This document shows, piece after piece, positions 1 through 14,300 of a DNA stretch of 64,000 nucleotides. Every line of letters starts with the position of its first letter. The stretch's first letter is position 1. The position numbers and the translations under genes are program-made. A model generated the notes under the pieces. That model did not search any database. It was not told where the DNA came from and saw nothing but the letters and a program-made list of their open reading frames with translations. Location of the stretch: positions 67,456,001 through 67,520,000 of the forward strand of contig OZ260663.1 in assembly GCA_965285935.1 (NCBI GenBank), given 5' to 3'. The DNA comes from Ophelia neglecta (taxonomy: Eukaryota).

Positions 1-743
1 ATTAATATTAGAAACATTAGTTGAAATGATTTCTGGATACTGGCATGCTTAAAATAGTATTAACTTTTAACAAATACAACACTTAACACAAAATGCATGT
101 GATCAAGTTTCCAATACAATTCAACATCACCGCAAGGTTAATAATTTCATAATTTTGTATATTAACACAAGACTCTTTTTTCGAGGTTCTGCACATCATT
201 AAATTAATATAGGAAAACCTTAACAAGACGTTTAGAAACGTAAGCACCCCACCCATTCTAAGGGTTTATAAACATATTCTTCGCACAGTTGACTTTTGAC
301 AACGTTTTTGTCATTTGACCAAGATCCTGCACATATGCCAAACAAATTGTAGCCATTCTCATTTCAACAATTTCAAAATATCGATAATTCGTTATAATGA
401 TCAAGTCTTCCCAAAGCATCTTTATTCTCTCAAAACACTTCAAATTGACTGAAAGCAAAAAGAAACTGTTCAGGCCCTTTAAAAAACTAATTCCCATCCT
501 GCACCACACCTTCAAATTTTATAGTGCTCAAAATGCTTGAAAGTCTCTGAAATGGCAAGAAATATTCTTTTGGCCCATTTCCCCCCTCCCTCTCCACCTC
601 ATGCCAAAGTGTAAAATATATACACCCCCCCCCCCTTGCCAAGGCATCCAAAAATATTATAGTTGAGATATAGTGATTGACTTCCTTCACATAATTCTAA
701 TGCAAGCTGCGGCATTACAATGTTAATGGCATGTTATTTATAT

Positions 744-2014
744 CTAGCATTGAGATTCAGCGTTTGCCTTAGTGGATTTCTGGACATCACATCCGGCAGC
801 AATCAGAACATCCATGACAGATAAGTGGTCAGCTTCTACAGCGAGGTGTAATGGAGTTAACCCAGACACTCCACTGGCACTCATAGACGCATTCACAATG
901 GCGCCTGCTTCTATCAAAAGCTTGACCACCTCCACATGTCCATTTTGTGCAGCAACATGCAGAGCAGTTACATCATGGCTGTCCCCCAATGTAGCGGTCT
1001 TGTTCACATTGCACTTAGCCGTGATGAGATGCTGGACCACCTCTGTGTGTCCTTGTTGGGCCGCAAGGGCCACTGCAGTGGAGCCACCAGGCCCTTCAGC
1101 ATTCACATCAGCTTTGCACTGAACAAGTCTCTCACAAACTGCACCGTACCCATTCCAGGAGGCAATAAGCAAGCAACTCCAACCATTCTGTTTAAATACA
1201 ACAGAAAAACATAGACATCAGAGAATATATAGAGCAATATATAACAGTGAGAAATATTTTCCGAAGCCTTATATGAATACATAAACATAATTGTACCTCA
1301 TGTAAAGCCATAATTTTTTAATATGTTGGTCTACGAATGTTTTTTGACAAATAATTGTCAAGGAGGCAGGAAGAAAATAATGAACATCATGCATAAATTT
1401 ATACAAAGGGAAAACAGAGAGAAAAAAACTGGAACTTGCTAAGATGGTAGTAATAAGTGTTTTAAAACTCAATGGGAAAAAAAGTCAAAAGTACAGGTTT
1501 TAAGGATCATTTTTCCTGGACAGGGAACAATTGAATTGGCATTTTTTATTTCATTCCAATTTCCAATAAAATTGACCACAGTGGTCTTGTTAAAAAACAT
1601 ATCAAAAGATGATGGCCTAATATAAAACTGAAACAAATCTACATAGGCCATTGCAGTCAAATATATGGCAGTTCTTTACTGAATGATCTGGAATTACTGT
1701 GCAGCAATAATAAGGTTCATTTATTTGTTGACTAAGTATATATAGTATTTGCCCTCCCCCCCCCCCCCCCTCCTGTTTGCACCCAAATTTGAAAGTGAAT
1801 TATAGAGATGTAAGTGTATATAATAGCCCTGATTATACTGGAGACCTGGCCAGGGTGGGGTATATTCATATTATGATATGCCTGATAGCAGACAAATTTA
1901 ATGTGTTAAAAAGCTTACTTCATCTTTACTGTTGATGTCAAATCCTTTCCCAATGAGTTCAGAGATCAACACCAGATTCCCCTCCTTGGCAGCTTTGAAC
2001 CAATCTTCCTTCAT
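744..2014 (-). CDS. Small ankyrin-repeat protein, 179 aa; coding exons 2014-1919 and 1187-744, probable 5'UTR exon ending at 3272
   Basis: Spliced ORF MKEDWFKAAKEGNLVLISELIGKGFDINSKDE|NGWSCLLIASWNGY...TALHVAAQNGHVEVVKLLIEAGA...TPLHLAVEADH shows about 5 ankyrin repeats. The intron is GT-AG and phase 0. Confidence 0.88.
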
Positions 2015-3112
2015 CAGGGCACCAGGGTTAGCCTCCAAATTCTCATGAGCCTGCTAAAAAGTATACATTCCATCACTTACTTCATTACGCTTCTTCTGTT
2101 TTAAAGTAATTATAACCAATAATTACATATGCATATAGCAAGGTCTCTAAATGGAGTGAAAAAAGTATGGTCAAGTTTTCAGACTTTCATTTTATTTTGA
2201 ATCAATATATACTTCTAAGTTTACATGAGCCAGTAACTGGCCAGTATACAGCACGTTTGTCTAGCCTATTAAAAAATACATCTGTTCTCCTATAACTTCT
2301 GCATTTTTTATGAGTAAACTGGCAAATTGGACCTGATGCCTCTTGTCAAGTGGGTCTGGATGAGGTTTACTGATTTACTTGTTGTTTATTTATTTTAGAG
2401 CCTCTTGTCATATTCTGTACAGAAAAGGTCAATTAAAGGTTCCAATTAAAGTTATTCCTAATGCATGCCCAGGGAATTATTATGTAGTGTGTACTTTACT
2501 CATAACCCATGTGTGTATCATGTACATACCCTAAAACCGGCAAGTGAGGTGGAGTCCATAAATTTATATTATCCCTGATCTCAGGAAGGCAATAATCACC
2601 AAATAGCTCAAATGAAAAGAACCAAGCAAAAACCACTAGGATGACACTTCCCTGTAGGCTTTTATGGATGAAGGGAAGTGACAAGCCAACTGATAAGCCC
2701 GGGAACAGGAACTGAATGGCCACCACACTTCTGTAGTTATTACCATAAATCAACATCAGAGACCTGTATATTTGAGGCCTATTTTTATAGCATCTGTGCA
2801 AATGTCGCAGATAAATTTTATCAGTTTATAAAACATCTTGTCAAAGTAGGTGGTCTAAACTTGTAGATATATAGACTTGAAGGCGACTATCCTGTTACAC
2901 TTAATTGTGTTCCCATCATATATCTAAGTCGGACCCAACGAGCACAGTCCCGGGGACCCCCAAACCACCGCCACCCGGTCCGCCCCTGCGTCTCATCCCC
3001 CCCCCCCCCCCCCTTGGTACGGCGCACGGCGCGGACCTATGAGCATATTAGTAGATCCGATAGGCCCCATTGCATAGCTAGATAGTGGCTATACTTACAG
3101 TTGATTAATTAT

Positions 3113-3148
3113 ATCAGAGATGTATATATGGGTATATACATCTCTGAT
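3113..3148. repeat. Perfect 16-bp inverted repeat with a 4-nt loop
   Basis: atcagagatgtatata-tggg-tatatacatctctgat. Confidence 0.85.
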
Positions 3149-4068
3149 TATATTATCATTATCAGATTATTATAAATATCATCAATACTATGCACATTCC
3201 ACCGCAAGGCATATTATCATGCTACATACAGATGGTAGATTATCAGCCCATCTTCACTAGAAAATTCCTACCTTAACGTGTTGTCAAAGCTTAACACTGA
3301 CTCGCGAATAAAAAGTGAAACACCACATACTTTCCCACGCTCCCATGGTTCTGGGCGAGCGCACACGGACGGCTCTGACTTGACAGGTAAATTAAAGGTG
3401 AAACCATAATGAAAGCTCTTACCTCTTTCTTCCGAGAACAGTAAAATGCATTGTAGATTTTGGAAAACACTTTGACTGGGTCAAAGATTCCAATAGGCGA
3501 TGATAACGAATTGGTTCTCATGAACGCACTGAGAAGTCCACTGAGTGGTCCAAAAGTATATAATTTAGGTATAAAGTTGCCTGCTTATCAAGCATGCAGT
3601 TTGCTTTTGCCTGTTCTAGGGAAAAATGTTAGTGATATAGTTCTTTAACAGCCAAACGCAGGATGGCGGTCACATGTCAAAGTTGATTCCCATGGCCTCG
3701 CTTTCACCGTGGGAACATCCACTCGTAAACAAATACACGTGCTACACTGACACGCATCACAACACCCCTGTCTGACAACACCCCTAACCAGACCAGTGAA
3801 CCTGTAGCCGCCGGGCGAAACGTACCACCGGCCAATAAAAATAGCGCATTGGTAAAGCAAGAAGCGTTTTGAGGGAGAAGTGACGCGCAGCTAAGCATGC
3901 CGGGGTGTCTAATAACTTAATTTCTAATTAGACTATTAATAACTAAATTATAACAGCTTTAGATCTAAGAACTGAGAAAGATCTAGTAGCTAGGCCTCCT
4001 TAATTAATACATGTGTAAAGCTTGCATTCGAGCTAGCGAGTCTCAATTATAAGTAGACCTTAGTTATA

Positions 4069-4225
4069 CGGTGAAACTTGTTAATTGAGACCATCTAAGG
4101 GACTGGAAAATACTGGTCTGATTATAGAGGTGGTCTGTTTAGACAGGCTTAGGTTAAAGAACGAATGCAATTTGGTCTTTATATTAGTGTTCTGAATATA
4201 GAGGTCTTTAAGGCAGGTTTCACTG
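4069..4225. mobile_element. Tc1/mariner(pogo)-type MITE
   Basis: TA|cggtgaaacttg ... caggtttcactg|TA; TA TSD and short TIRs. A related copy lies at 62099-62248. Confidence 0.7.
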
Positions 4226-4567
4226 TAGTTCCATAGCTGTATGAATGCCTAAATTGAGAGTTGTCTACTGGGATTCGCGATACCACGGCATTGGGTGTAG
4301 GTGCGGGTCTGTATTGATACAGAGGCGATTTATCTGGTATTTATTTCTGGATAACTTTCTTCTTCCTGCATATGACAGGCAACTCTTTCTGCCCATGAAA
4401 TATGGATCAATTACGTCAAACATTGAGGAAACGCTGCGGCAAAGTTCCTTTTCTACACATGGAAGTGGAAAAAGGGTGGCTTCTAATATAACTTTGCCCA
4501 TGTGGTTCTACCGTAATAAAAAAGTACATGAACCATTCAATCATAATTTTTATTATGTGCCTGGTTT

Positions 4568-5588
4568 TGTAACCGACCTGATTAGAATTATGCGTGTCTG
4601 AGTTCAGGAGATATCCTAAGTCGTAAAGCTATTTTTTAGAGCCAGAAGCGGCCTGTACGAGACACCAGCTAAAGCATAAAGTTAGGCTATACATATTTGT
4701 ACAAGTGTTGTTTATTAATCTTCTGCATGCTTGCCCACTATATTATCACCTGGCCATGGCTTATTTCACCTCAAACAAAGTAGATATCAATGCTAGTGAT
4801 ATATAATTTATATCATGCTCCCATGATTCGCGCTGGTCTCCGTGGCTTTAATAGGTAGAGGTGTCTAGGAGACAGTTATAGAATAGAAAAAAAGCGTGGA
4901 TACCTGACAGACAAAGCAGAATCATTATCAAGAATATTCCATTTAATCGGTCCGAATTATCAGGAACCAGCAGCCACAGGCTCACACACACAAAACATCA
5001 GAAGAAGGAAGAAGAGGATCATGAGGCGGCTCCATTTTTCAATTACCCCCTTCCAAGCAAGAGAGCCTGTCCGATAACTTATACCAGAAATGGCTCATCT
5101 TAAAATTATAAACCAATGGTGTAAAACTAGGGGACCAAGGGGGGACCGCAGAGCTTTCGTCTCCTGTAGTACGGACAACGTGCTGCTCATTGGCCGTACC
5201 ACAGCCGCCGACTTGGTGGTCTGCATCCGGCGGATACATTTTCTTGTAACCTCATCGTCGGACAAGCACCACGTACCACGCCTGTTGGAAACCTACTTAG
5301 TACTCCTAAACTTTTAGAAAACATGCTCTGCCTGTTGGTAGCACAATGTTCGCTGATTTGCGCGAGACTGTGTTATTGAAAGTCGGTTTAATATAACGAA
5401 CTTATACATCACAGATGGCTTCTGTGTTTGGTATAATAAATTAGTCCGATTCCTGTCTTAAGATCATATACGGGCATATATATATATATAATCTTTATTT
5501 CCTCCAGTATACAGGAGAGTATGGTAATAAATTTTGGTTAGTTACATTTCATGATTAGTTGTGTAAATAATAAAGGGTACATTACATT

Positions 5589-5625
<37 letters not shown>

Positions 5626-6480
5626 AACAATATCTTACATGTTTACAACTAAGTGCTGCGTAAACGTAAGTATTTTCCGATTACGATCATATATAGGAGC
5701 ATTACGGGAAGCAGTTCTTAAAAGGCAAAAGCCCTCGGATGTAAGCCTATAAAGAGCTGAATGTTACAATTTTCACAAGAGTTGGTTGTAAAGGATATGG
5801 GAACAAGATTTACATGCCTTAAATATATGGTCGGCTAAATTTGTCCAGACTGAGGCGCAAAGCGTTATATATTGCGTATGGTGACACATGAATTGTTCTG
5901 ACAAAACACCACCGAGGTGTGTAACCGTTAAGCTATTAGCACTTAGATTGTGCAGATACTGGAGAAAGTCATCTGGAAATTTATTGGCTACGAGGACCCA
6001 AAATGTCTGTCTTTCACCCAGGAACCGATCGCAAGTTGTCATCAGGTGCTGCAAGAGGAAATTCCGGTTGTCCTCCTGTGTATTGGTATTGCAGGCCTTA
6101 TTTTGCCCCGTTTTGTGGTTCGGATTACTGTTTCCTTGATCTAGGCCGGTGTTTTCCTCCCTCTGCACGCGAAGCATGTATGTATGTTGGATCCTACTAT
6201 CATGACTCGTATTCGAGACATATTTGTATGGTCTCGTCGATGGTTTGGGGCCAACTCTGATAGATTGCCCAGGTGAGATTGTGGTATTTCACGGAGTCTA
6301 TTAATGCCCCTTGCTTAAATTTGTTTCAAGCAGCTAGAGTTGGCCATTGGGTATGCCTTCATTTGATCTCCTGTCCAAGTTCAGTCATCATAATCTCGCA
6401 TCTCGCCACTGATATGTCAATATGCTGAACACTTTCTGGGGTCGTTTCTGGAGACATCCTGCTTAAACCAAAACTCTGCC
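4568..6480 (-). mobile_element. Degraded Ty3/gypsy-like LTR retrotransposon relic (gag fragment, PPT, 3' LTR)
   Basis: Minus strand ~6480-6200 reads, with stops, ..ALIDSVKYHNLTWAIYQSWPQTIDETIQICLEYES, which is gag-like. The purine tract ggaagggggtaa at ~5055-5043 is followed directly by TG at 5041. The putative LTR contains AATAAA (~4716) and ends ..ggttaCA at 4568. Confidence 0.55.
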
Positions 6481-6789
6481 ATCATCCGCAAGACCAAGAG
6501 ACATGAGAGATATAGCTTACATGGAAAAGCGAGTAACCCCCACAGGCTTTTTTTTGCACTTATGAGTGTTAGCATAGATATAGAGAATACATATCTATGG
6601 ATTATACATATCTGTGGTGTTAGACAAATTAATTCACTTTCTATCTATAGAGTGCATGATTACTAGGCCTGTATAGGGCTCGCTGCATTATATAAATATT
6701 TTTTTTTTATTAACATGGTTTCACGTCCACTAGGGGGGCAGTACACGAACTTACAACAATACAACAAAAAATCCATCTTGTCTTTAACC

Positions 6790-7110
6790 TTCAGATTGTA
6801 TTTTATCCTTAAATCTTTAAAACTTGGGCATATAAATTAGTGAAGCTCATCATCAATATAATTACCATATCGCATCTTTTACATATGCGATCTTTAAGTG
6901 GTACCTTTGTATATCTCCCTCTTTCAATAAGCAGGGTATGAGCACTCATTCTAAACTTAACATGTTGAGCACTACATTGTTCAGAGTCCACAATTCCTTT
7001 CATGTTATTGAGGTAACTTCCCCATACAAAGTTTCTTTTAAACTCCCTATATGTTCTTAACTTATTTCCTCCTTTGATCATCCCATAATTTGGATCTCCA
7101 ATATTCTGTA
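6790..7110 (-). mobile_element. Non-LTR retrotransposon (LINE) ORF2 C-terminal fragment
   Basis: NKLRTYREFK...KFRMSAHTLLIERGRYTKVPLKDRICKRC matches the typical post-RT Zn-binding tail of invertebrate LINEs. Confidence 0.8.
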
Positions 7111-7599
7111 CAACTTAATTCTAATTACATTTGTAATCTTTAAGTAATTTAGAGTCAAAACGTTGCGGTTGCTTCATACAGTCATGCTTATTACACTCAC
7201 ATGGACCAGTGTCATCATGTGGTATGCTATAGTGCAATGATAATGATAATGATCGAAGCGTCCTGTGTTTACACTTCGCTATAATAAAATCTGTGGGCCT
7301 AGGCCTATTCCTCTCAGCCAACCCGCACCGGGTGCACCCCTTGTATCACATATTCTAACTTATACGACTCCGAAGAAATCTACTATATGCTGCTAAACTC
7401 TTCTCCCTCTCACACGCAACATACCGAACTGCACATACTTGTTTTCCCCTTTATCACTGATTATGTCTTCTGCCGAACAAGATAACGTAGACCCCAGTCA
7501 CTCGCCACACGTGCTTCTGTTTTCTTAAGTTGGTTCCCGTCTCCATCTGACTACGCCATACAGGCTATGTTGCAGATTACATTTTTATTACAGGACGGG

Positions 7600-7793
7600 G
7601 AACCAGTGCTGTTGTTTCCTCCAACTTTAAACCACGTGACTTCACGTAGGTTGCGACCAATGAGTGTGGCGTATGATGTCACATGACCAGCAACCAGACA
7701 TAGTTATAATAATGGCGGATATGTGACTGTGTAGGCAGTGACAACTGACATAAATTGGGTAGATTTGGCTGTTGACAACCGCGTAATGTACAA
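7600..7793 (+). promoter_or_regulatory. Probable AGBL5 promoter and non-coding exon 1
   Basis: CpG-enriched patch with E-box CACGTGAC (~7633), CCAAT (~7657), GTCACATGAC (~7678) and YY1-like AATGGCGG (7711). Donor caa|gtaagg at 7793; next acceptor at 8200. Confidence 0.5.
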
Positions 7794-8354
7794 GTAAGGA
7801 TGTCAGTTCCTTTAAAAATTTACCTAGATATGTAATGTATTGGTTTGAGGAGCAAAATTAAAGGACGTCAATATCAAACGACAAAATTACCCACTCAAAT
7901 CATAACATTTGTAGCTGAAACCTGGATATCCTTTATACAAGTTAAGAAATAGTTGTATGAATGTATCCAGGCATGTCTCTCTATTATGTTTATCAGTTTA
8001 TACCGGTAGCTTAAATATAGAAGCTACATGTGGATCAGCGATACAAGCAATAAAAAGTGTCGCTGCATCGTATCCATGGTTGTTAAAGGCAAGATTGAAC
8101 TATACTTACCCCCCTCCCCCCTCGCCATTCCGCATGTATGTCAATGCTCTACTATCACACACCCCTCTCTTTTCTATGATTTTGCACATTTATCTGTAGG
8201 TTGCAGTTAAGGTTGATTGTAAAGAGTCAATGCTCCCTGACATGCAGCAGAAAGATTAAATCGGTACATTGATAATTTGCAGCTGGTTAAGTGACAAAAA
8301 CAATGTAGGAACTGAAGTATACCATAAAGAACAAACTCTCTGAAATTCAAGAAA

Positions 8355-11300
8355 ATGGAGACACGATGTGGTGGCCTACTTTTCAGCTCAAAGTTTGACT
8401 CAGGAAATTTGGCTAGAGTAGAAAAGGTTTCAAAGGAAGATGATGAAGAAGCAGGTATGTAAAGCATATTATGAGCATGGATCAACAGTGTCTATTTTGC
8501 TACCCCCTTTTAGCTAGGAATACATTTGTGAAGGAAGAAGGCATAGGCAAATTCCTGGGTAGTTGAAGATTTGGGCCATTAGCCCATATTCAATTTTTTA
8601 TGGGACATTGGAAAATTGAGTATAGGCACCTCCCTTTTGCAAGTAGTGAACAACAGAGGTTATGGTTTAAATATTAATTAAAATCAAAATGCATTTTTAT
8701 CTTAGAAGGAAGGTAGGAAGATTTAAATCATGTGTCTTAAGATATTGTTGTTGTACACAGTAATAATAACAGTAAATTTTTCATATATCTTCACTGTACA
8801 TTTATATATACATTCACTGGGAATTTCTAGATTTAAAAATTAAGCAATAATGTATGTTTATATATATAACTTTACTTTATTTTGTTCACTTTTCAGCAAA
8901 CTATTTCATGGGCTCTGATCCTTGTGCTGATTATGAATTTAATGTTTGGACAACCCCTGATGCCGCTGGGACCCCTTTTGAGAATGGAAATAGGTAGGCA
9001 GTTGTTTTATTATTAGATGAATGTTAATAGGTCAATTAAAAAACAAAATATCTTCACTATAAAGCATTGTATGAAAATTTAACATTTGTCATTTCCATGC
9101 AAAATTGTCCAGGACTCTTCCATTAAAAAAAGGAGAATGGAATGAATTTTTATTAATTTTTAGTTGTGCCACATCTGACAACTCCAACTAATTATATCTT
9201 GCAAGAAATGTTTTTTCATGGATATGTAAAAGAAACTAAGATTAAGAAGAAAATCTTGACTTTATAGCTGTTAACACAACATTCTATTTTGCTAGGTCAT
9301 GGTTTTACTTTGGAGTTAAAGGTGGAAGTCCCAATAGGTTGCTCAAAATCAACATCATGAACCTTAACAGGCAAGGAAAGTTGTATAGTCAAGGTCACTC
9401 TCCACTGGTGAAAACAGTGCCTGGTAAGCCTCGCTGGGAGAGAATCAGGGACAAACCTACATGGGAGGTAAAATCTTAGTTTGGAATCATCACCTTTCAC
9501 AAGTATATAAAATTCTCGCAGCTGTGCTTTGATTAGATTAATAGTAGAATCAATGACTGATTGTGTACCTTTTTCCACAACTTACCTTTCACCTTTTTCT
9601 TTGGGGGAGGGGCGAGGGGGAGGGAGGATATGTATGGAGGTCTGTCTGTTATAAGCAGCATTTGTTTTGCGGCTCTGTTAAAATCATATCCTGTTAGCTG
9701 CCTTCATATCTAGGTCAAGCAGTTGAATAAGCATGTCTCTTGTTTTTGTTATGATTCAGTTTAGTTTTTATGGTTGATTGGCAGCATACTGAAAACCCAC
9801 AGTAACCCAGGATTAGACAAGACCCTGCAAAATGTTAACAATTTTTGCCAGTTTTTCTGACAGACATGTTAATTATCCTTTATAGTAAAATGTATGTACC
9901 GGCATGCATTTCTAAGAACATTGTTACACGTTACATTAAATAGTGTGTTAATGTTATATGCAAGTTAAACCCCATACCGGTATTCAATGGTGCCTAGTGT
10001 GCTTGTAGAAAATTGCAAGCTTTACTCATACCAGTAGTTAGAAGTTGGTTATAGCTAGCAACACATATTGTTTTGACACCTCACCTGAGGGACCTCACAA
10101 ATAGTATATTGATTATATGTATCTGTACCATAGGAGTTGAATATTTCAAGAAAAAGAAGCAAGGCAAGTTATACAACACTATATGAAACTTTTGCATGAT
10201 CTTCCCTGTTTCTTATTTGGATAAACTGATCAGCCTGTAGATTTACATATATTAACCTATTTACTCATACTGTTTGTTAATTTTTTTTTTGTTATCTTGA
10301 ATTGGCTAATTGCCAAGGCTCTCCAGTCCTCTTGAAGTTGTTGTTGTGAGTTAAGGCTAGGATGTGCTATATTTTAAGTTATTTTCGTTTCTTGCAAAGT
10401 TACAAAAGGGGAACATAAACCCTGTTAAACAGGAAAGGAAAGTGTACCTATGTCTACGACCTTTCCTCAGGTTTTAATTGTCCAGAATCCTGTTCCTTAC
10501 AACCCTGCTGATATTGGAAAACATTGTGGTAAATAGAAATTGCTACAGACGGTGGCTACACTGTAAGGTTAATAGGCTAATATAGAAGCTGATACACTCA
10601 ATTTATCAGAGCTACTGCATCCTTTTTACACCTGTTCGAAAAAAATTTGGGCTATTGAAATAGGTACTATAACCTAAGTAACTGAAGGAACAACTTCATA
10701 GAGATTTTTGAAATTTATAGGGTATGAAAACAGGGTTGGCAGTTTCTTCCGCTAGGCGGTTTCTTCCATGGAAAAAAACGGTTTTTTCCGTCCCGGAAGA
10801 AATAGGTTTCTTCCGCTTCTTTGGAAGAAATGGAAGAAACCCCCCTTTATTTTAATTATTTTTGGTCTACTGCAAACAAAACACTGAAGATTAATCTGGT
10901 TTATGTAAAAGTTCTATAATAACACTTTACGAAAGCATGAAACTTTAAAGCAGAAGAATGTGAAACAATTAGGAGAGTACTATCTACAAATTAATTCTAT
11001 TCTCTTTCATATCTTGTTACCAATATTCTTCCCTTCAATATTTCATACCTGTAATAGTCCAAAATAATGTTGAAGGAATTAACATAGCAAAATCTTTATA
11101 CTCTACAAAAGTTGTGTGTAACCCTTTCACACAGAGGGACACCACTGTCTGAGACCTGTACTATTAGTTATAACACCTGGCTAAGGCTGGCTAATAAGCA
11201 TGTTATGACAATAAATAAGTGAGCTAATTCATTCCCATATTGATGTTTACTTAGCAATACTTGTTTGACTAGATGAACCATTGCAAAATTCAGGGAGATC

Positions 11301-14300
11301 AGGGAGACTGACTTTCCCAATCATGGTGTTTACCAGACTGTTTATTCAAGAACATGCCATTCACAATGCAATCCTGTGAGCCTTGATATGTTTGTTTTGT
11401 TGACTAGGAGTCTGTTACCCAATCCATATAGAAGACTTCACAATTGCATTAATCAATGAGACCCCACTTCCACACCTTATGCCCCCCCCCCCCTTTTCCC
11501 CTGATTCGTAATGAAAGAATGTAATTATGATGAGGTTAAATGAAAAAGTCAAGAATGATGGGGATTTGAATGATGGTGATTAAAATCATGATTTAAATCA
11601 CTTGATTAAAATCATGCCAACCCTGAATTGTAAAACATTGATCAATTGATGTCAAATATATATATTCCATACTGGAATAATTTCTTCCAGTTTTGTCCGG
11701 AAAAAAACTGAAGAAACTGGAAGAAACTAGGTTTCTTCCAGTTTCTTCCATTGTCCCGGAAGAAACCTATTTCTTCCGGAAGAAACCCAACCCTGTATGA
11801 AAACTGGGCACATTTGCTACAACAGGACCAGGAATTTAAAAATATCAACATCAGCTTCCATAAAGTAAATGTGCATGTTCAAAAAACTTTCTGGTAATGG
11901 GAACCAAAACTGGCCAATGAATTAGAACTAGTATTTGACTAACCTCCATTTCAAAGTTCTTTTAATATTATTCTTTGTATGCAATATTTCTTATGGATTC
12001 AATAAATATAAAATGCATGTGTACTACACAGGACACAAATTTGTTTCTGTGTAAATGCCAGTGGTAGAATTGGTCACAAAATCAAGTTCAGTGATTTGTG
12101 GGAAACAACTGAATGATGTTAGACTACAATCATTTATAATCGGTTAAACCTATCAGTGAAGATCAACCTTCTCAGTAATTGTTGTGATTGTTGCTCAATT
12201 GTTTATCTGATATCTTCATCTCAGGCTGAAACAAATAATTTTCCTCAATATGCAATTTATAATATATTCACCATTTCACAAAATCGATCATTGTTTTTGT
12301 ATTACAAGCATTGATTGCTTGTTTTGGAGTACATTGCCGATCTTCAACAAGTGTCAAACATTTGTTAACTTCCAGTAAATGACCTCTGTTTTTGATGTAC
12401 GGTGCATTAACTTACTATTATATATCCACGTTTAAAAACTATACATGTGGGAAAGGCTTTGCTATACACTCTGTCCATTTATCTTTGGAATGAGACTAAA
12501 TGAAAATAATATAATTGAATAATAATGAATCTTATCACTATTAAATGGGTATCACCTGGCAAATGGCCAGAAACAATAATTAATATTTAACCAGGTAGGC
12601 TAACTTTCTATGGTCTCACTGGCACTGGCACTATTATGTCCTAGATAAAGGAGTAGAAGCTTTAAGACTTAATCCATTAAATATGGTGACCGGAGTCATT
12701 AAATATGGTGACCGGAGTCATTAAATATGGTGACCGGAGTCATTAAATGTGGGGACCTGAGTCACTGTCTTTTGGTTTGTATCTATATTTTACTGTGTTA
12801 GCTCTCTATTGTCCTCTTTAACAAGGTTTTGTCTTTCAAAGACACTAACTTTAAACTAAAGTATTTTTGTGGTTAGATTAATGTATTTTTTGTGTATTCA
12901 CTGGTAATATGTTTGGGTTACCGATTTCCTGTTGGTATAACATAATGTCATATGTTTTAATCTCTTATATTCAGAGTGTGGATAATAATTTCATCCTGAG
13001 CTTCACACACAGATTTGCTGAGAATAAAGGAGCAACTACTTACTTTGCATTCTGTTATCCCTGGTCATATGAAGAATCCCAACATCAAATGACAACACTG
13101 GATGACAAATTTCAGCATTGTAAAGATCTAACCTCAAAAAGGTAAGACTCAAGTTGCCAAGAAGAAATAATTTTGGTAGTAACATACTGATGCAAGCCTG
13201 AGACCAGTACCTGTCAAAACTGCCATTGTACATAAAAATATTCAAGGCCCATAACTTCATAAATGCACTGCTTATTGGGCTTCTTGTTGTAAATTATGGA
13301 ATAGTAAATGTCAGTGATATTTCATGGCTTATCATCCCCCAGGTAACAACCTTATGATGTCACTATATTGAATTCTATAGAGTACTGCAGAGTGGTTCAA
13401 TGTGAAAAAAAGAAATTGAGAAACATGTGTCACATGATTTGATTAATGCATGAATGTCTTTTAATAATGATTTCAGTGCCCCAGATCAGATTTATTACCA
13501 TAGAGAATTAATATGCCATTCACTGGACAAGCTGAGAATTGATCTGGTGACCATCAGTAGCTGCTCTGGGATGGTGGATGAAGAAGAACCAAGGTTTGAT
13601 GACAAGCTCTTCCCAGACCAAGAAACACCTAGGTGTAAAAAGTTTAAAAATAAAAAGGTAACTTCCAGAGATGAGCATAATGTATTGTCAACATAGATAC
13701 TTATCATACTAAAAAAAAACAGTTGCATTAAAAAGAATGAGTAAAAGTTCATATGTTACAGGTATTTAATTGTTTTGCATGTTGGTAAGTTATTTTACTA
13801 TCGATTTTATGAATACAAGTTGCTGAGAGGTGGATACCATCTAATTTATTGTTGCTTAGTTTCTGTGTACTTGTGACAGTGGGCTCAATGCCCTCTTTAG
13901 AGTGCTGCTTCACTGGAGCACCTGCCGTAGACACCAGACAGGGAGCCCGACCCAGTCACATTATACTGACACCGGGTTGACCAGTCCTGATACTACCCCA
14001 GAAATACTGGGCGCCTGGCAGGGAAGCTATCAGTACCTATGTTTACGTTTATTATGTTTTATTGTAGGTATATCTGGTGAGCAGCCGGGTTCACCCTGGA
14101 GAGACTCCAGCCAGCTTTGTCTACAATGGCTTCCTGGACTTTATTCTCAGGGAAGATGACCCCAGGGCCAGACAACTGAGAAGACAATACGTTTTCAAAT
14201 TGATTCCAATGTTAAATCCTGATGGAGTCAAGCGAGGACATTACCGAACAGACTCAAGAGGCGTGAACTTAAACAGAATGTACTTAGACCCTCGTTTTGA

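Noticed and set aside
5773-6260. Overlapping 64-134 aa ORFs as a novel gene
   Set aside because: Within the degraded LTR-element relic; no splice structure or domain recognised.
12675-12762. CRISPR-like repeat array
   Set aside because: Head-to-tail 22-bp units without spacers, in a eukaryotic intron: a minisatellite.
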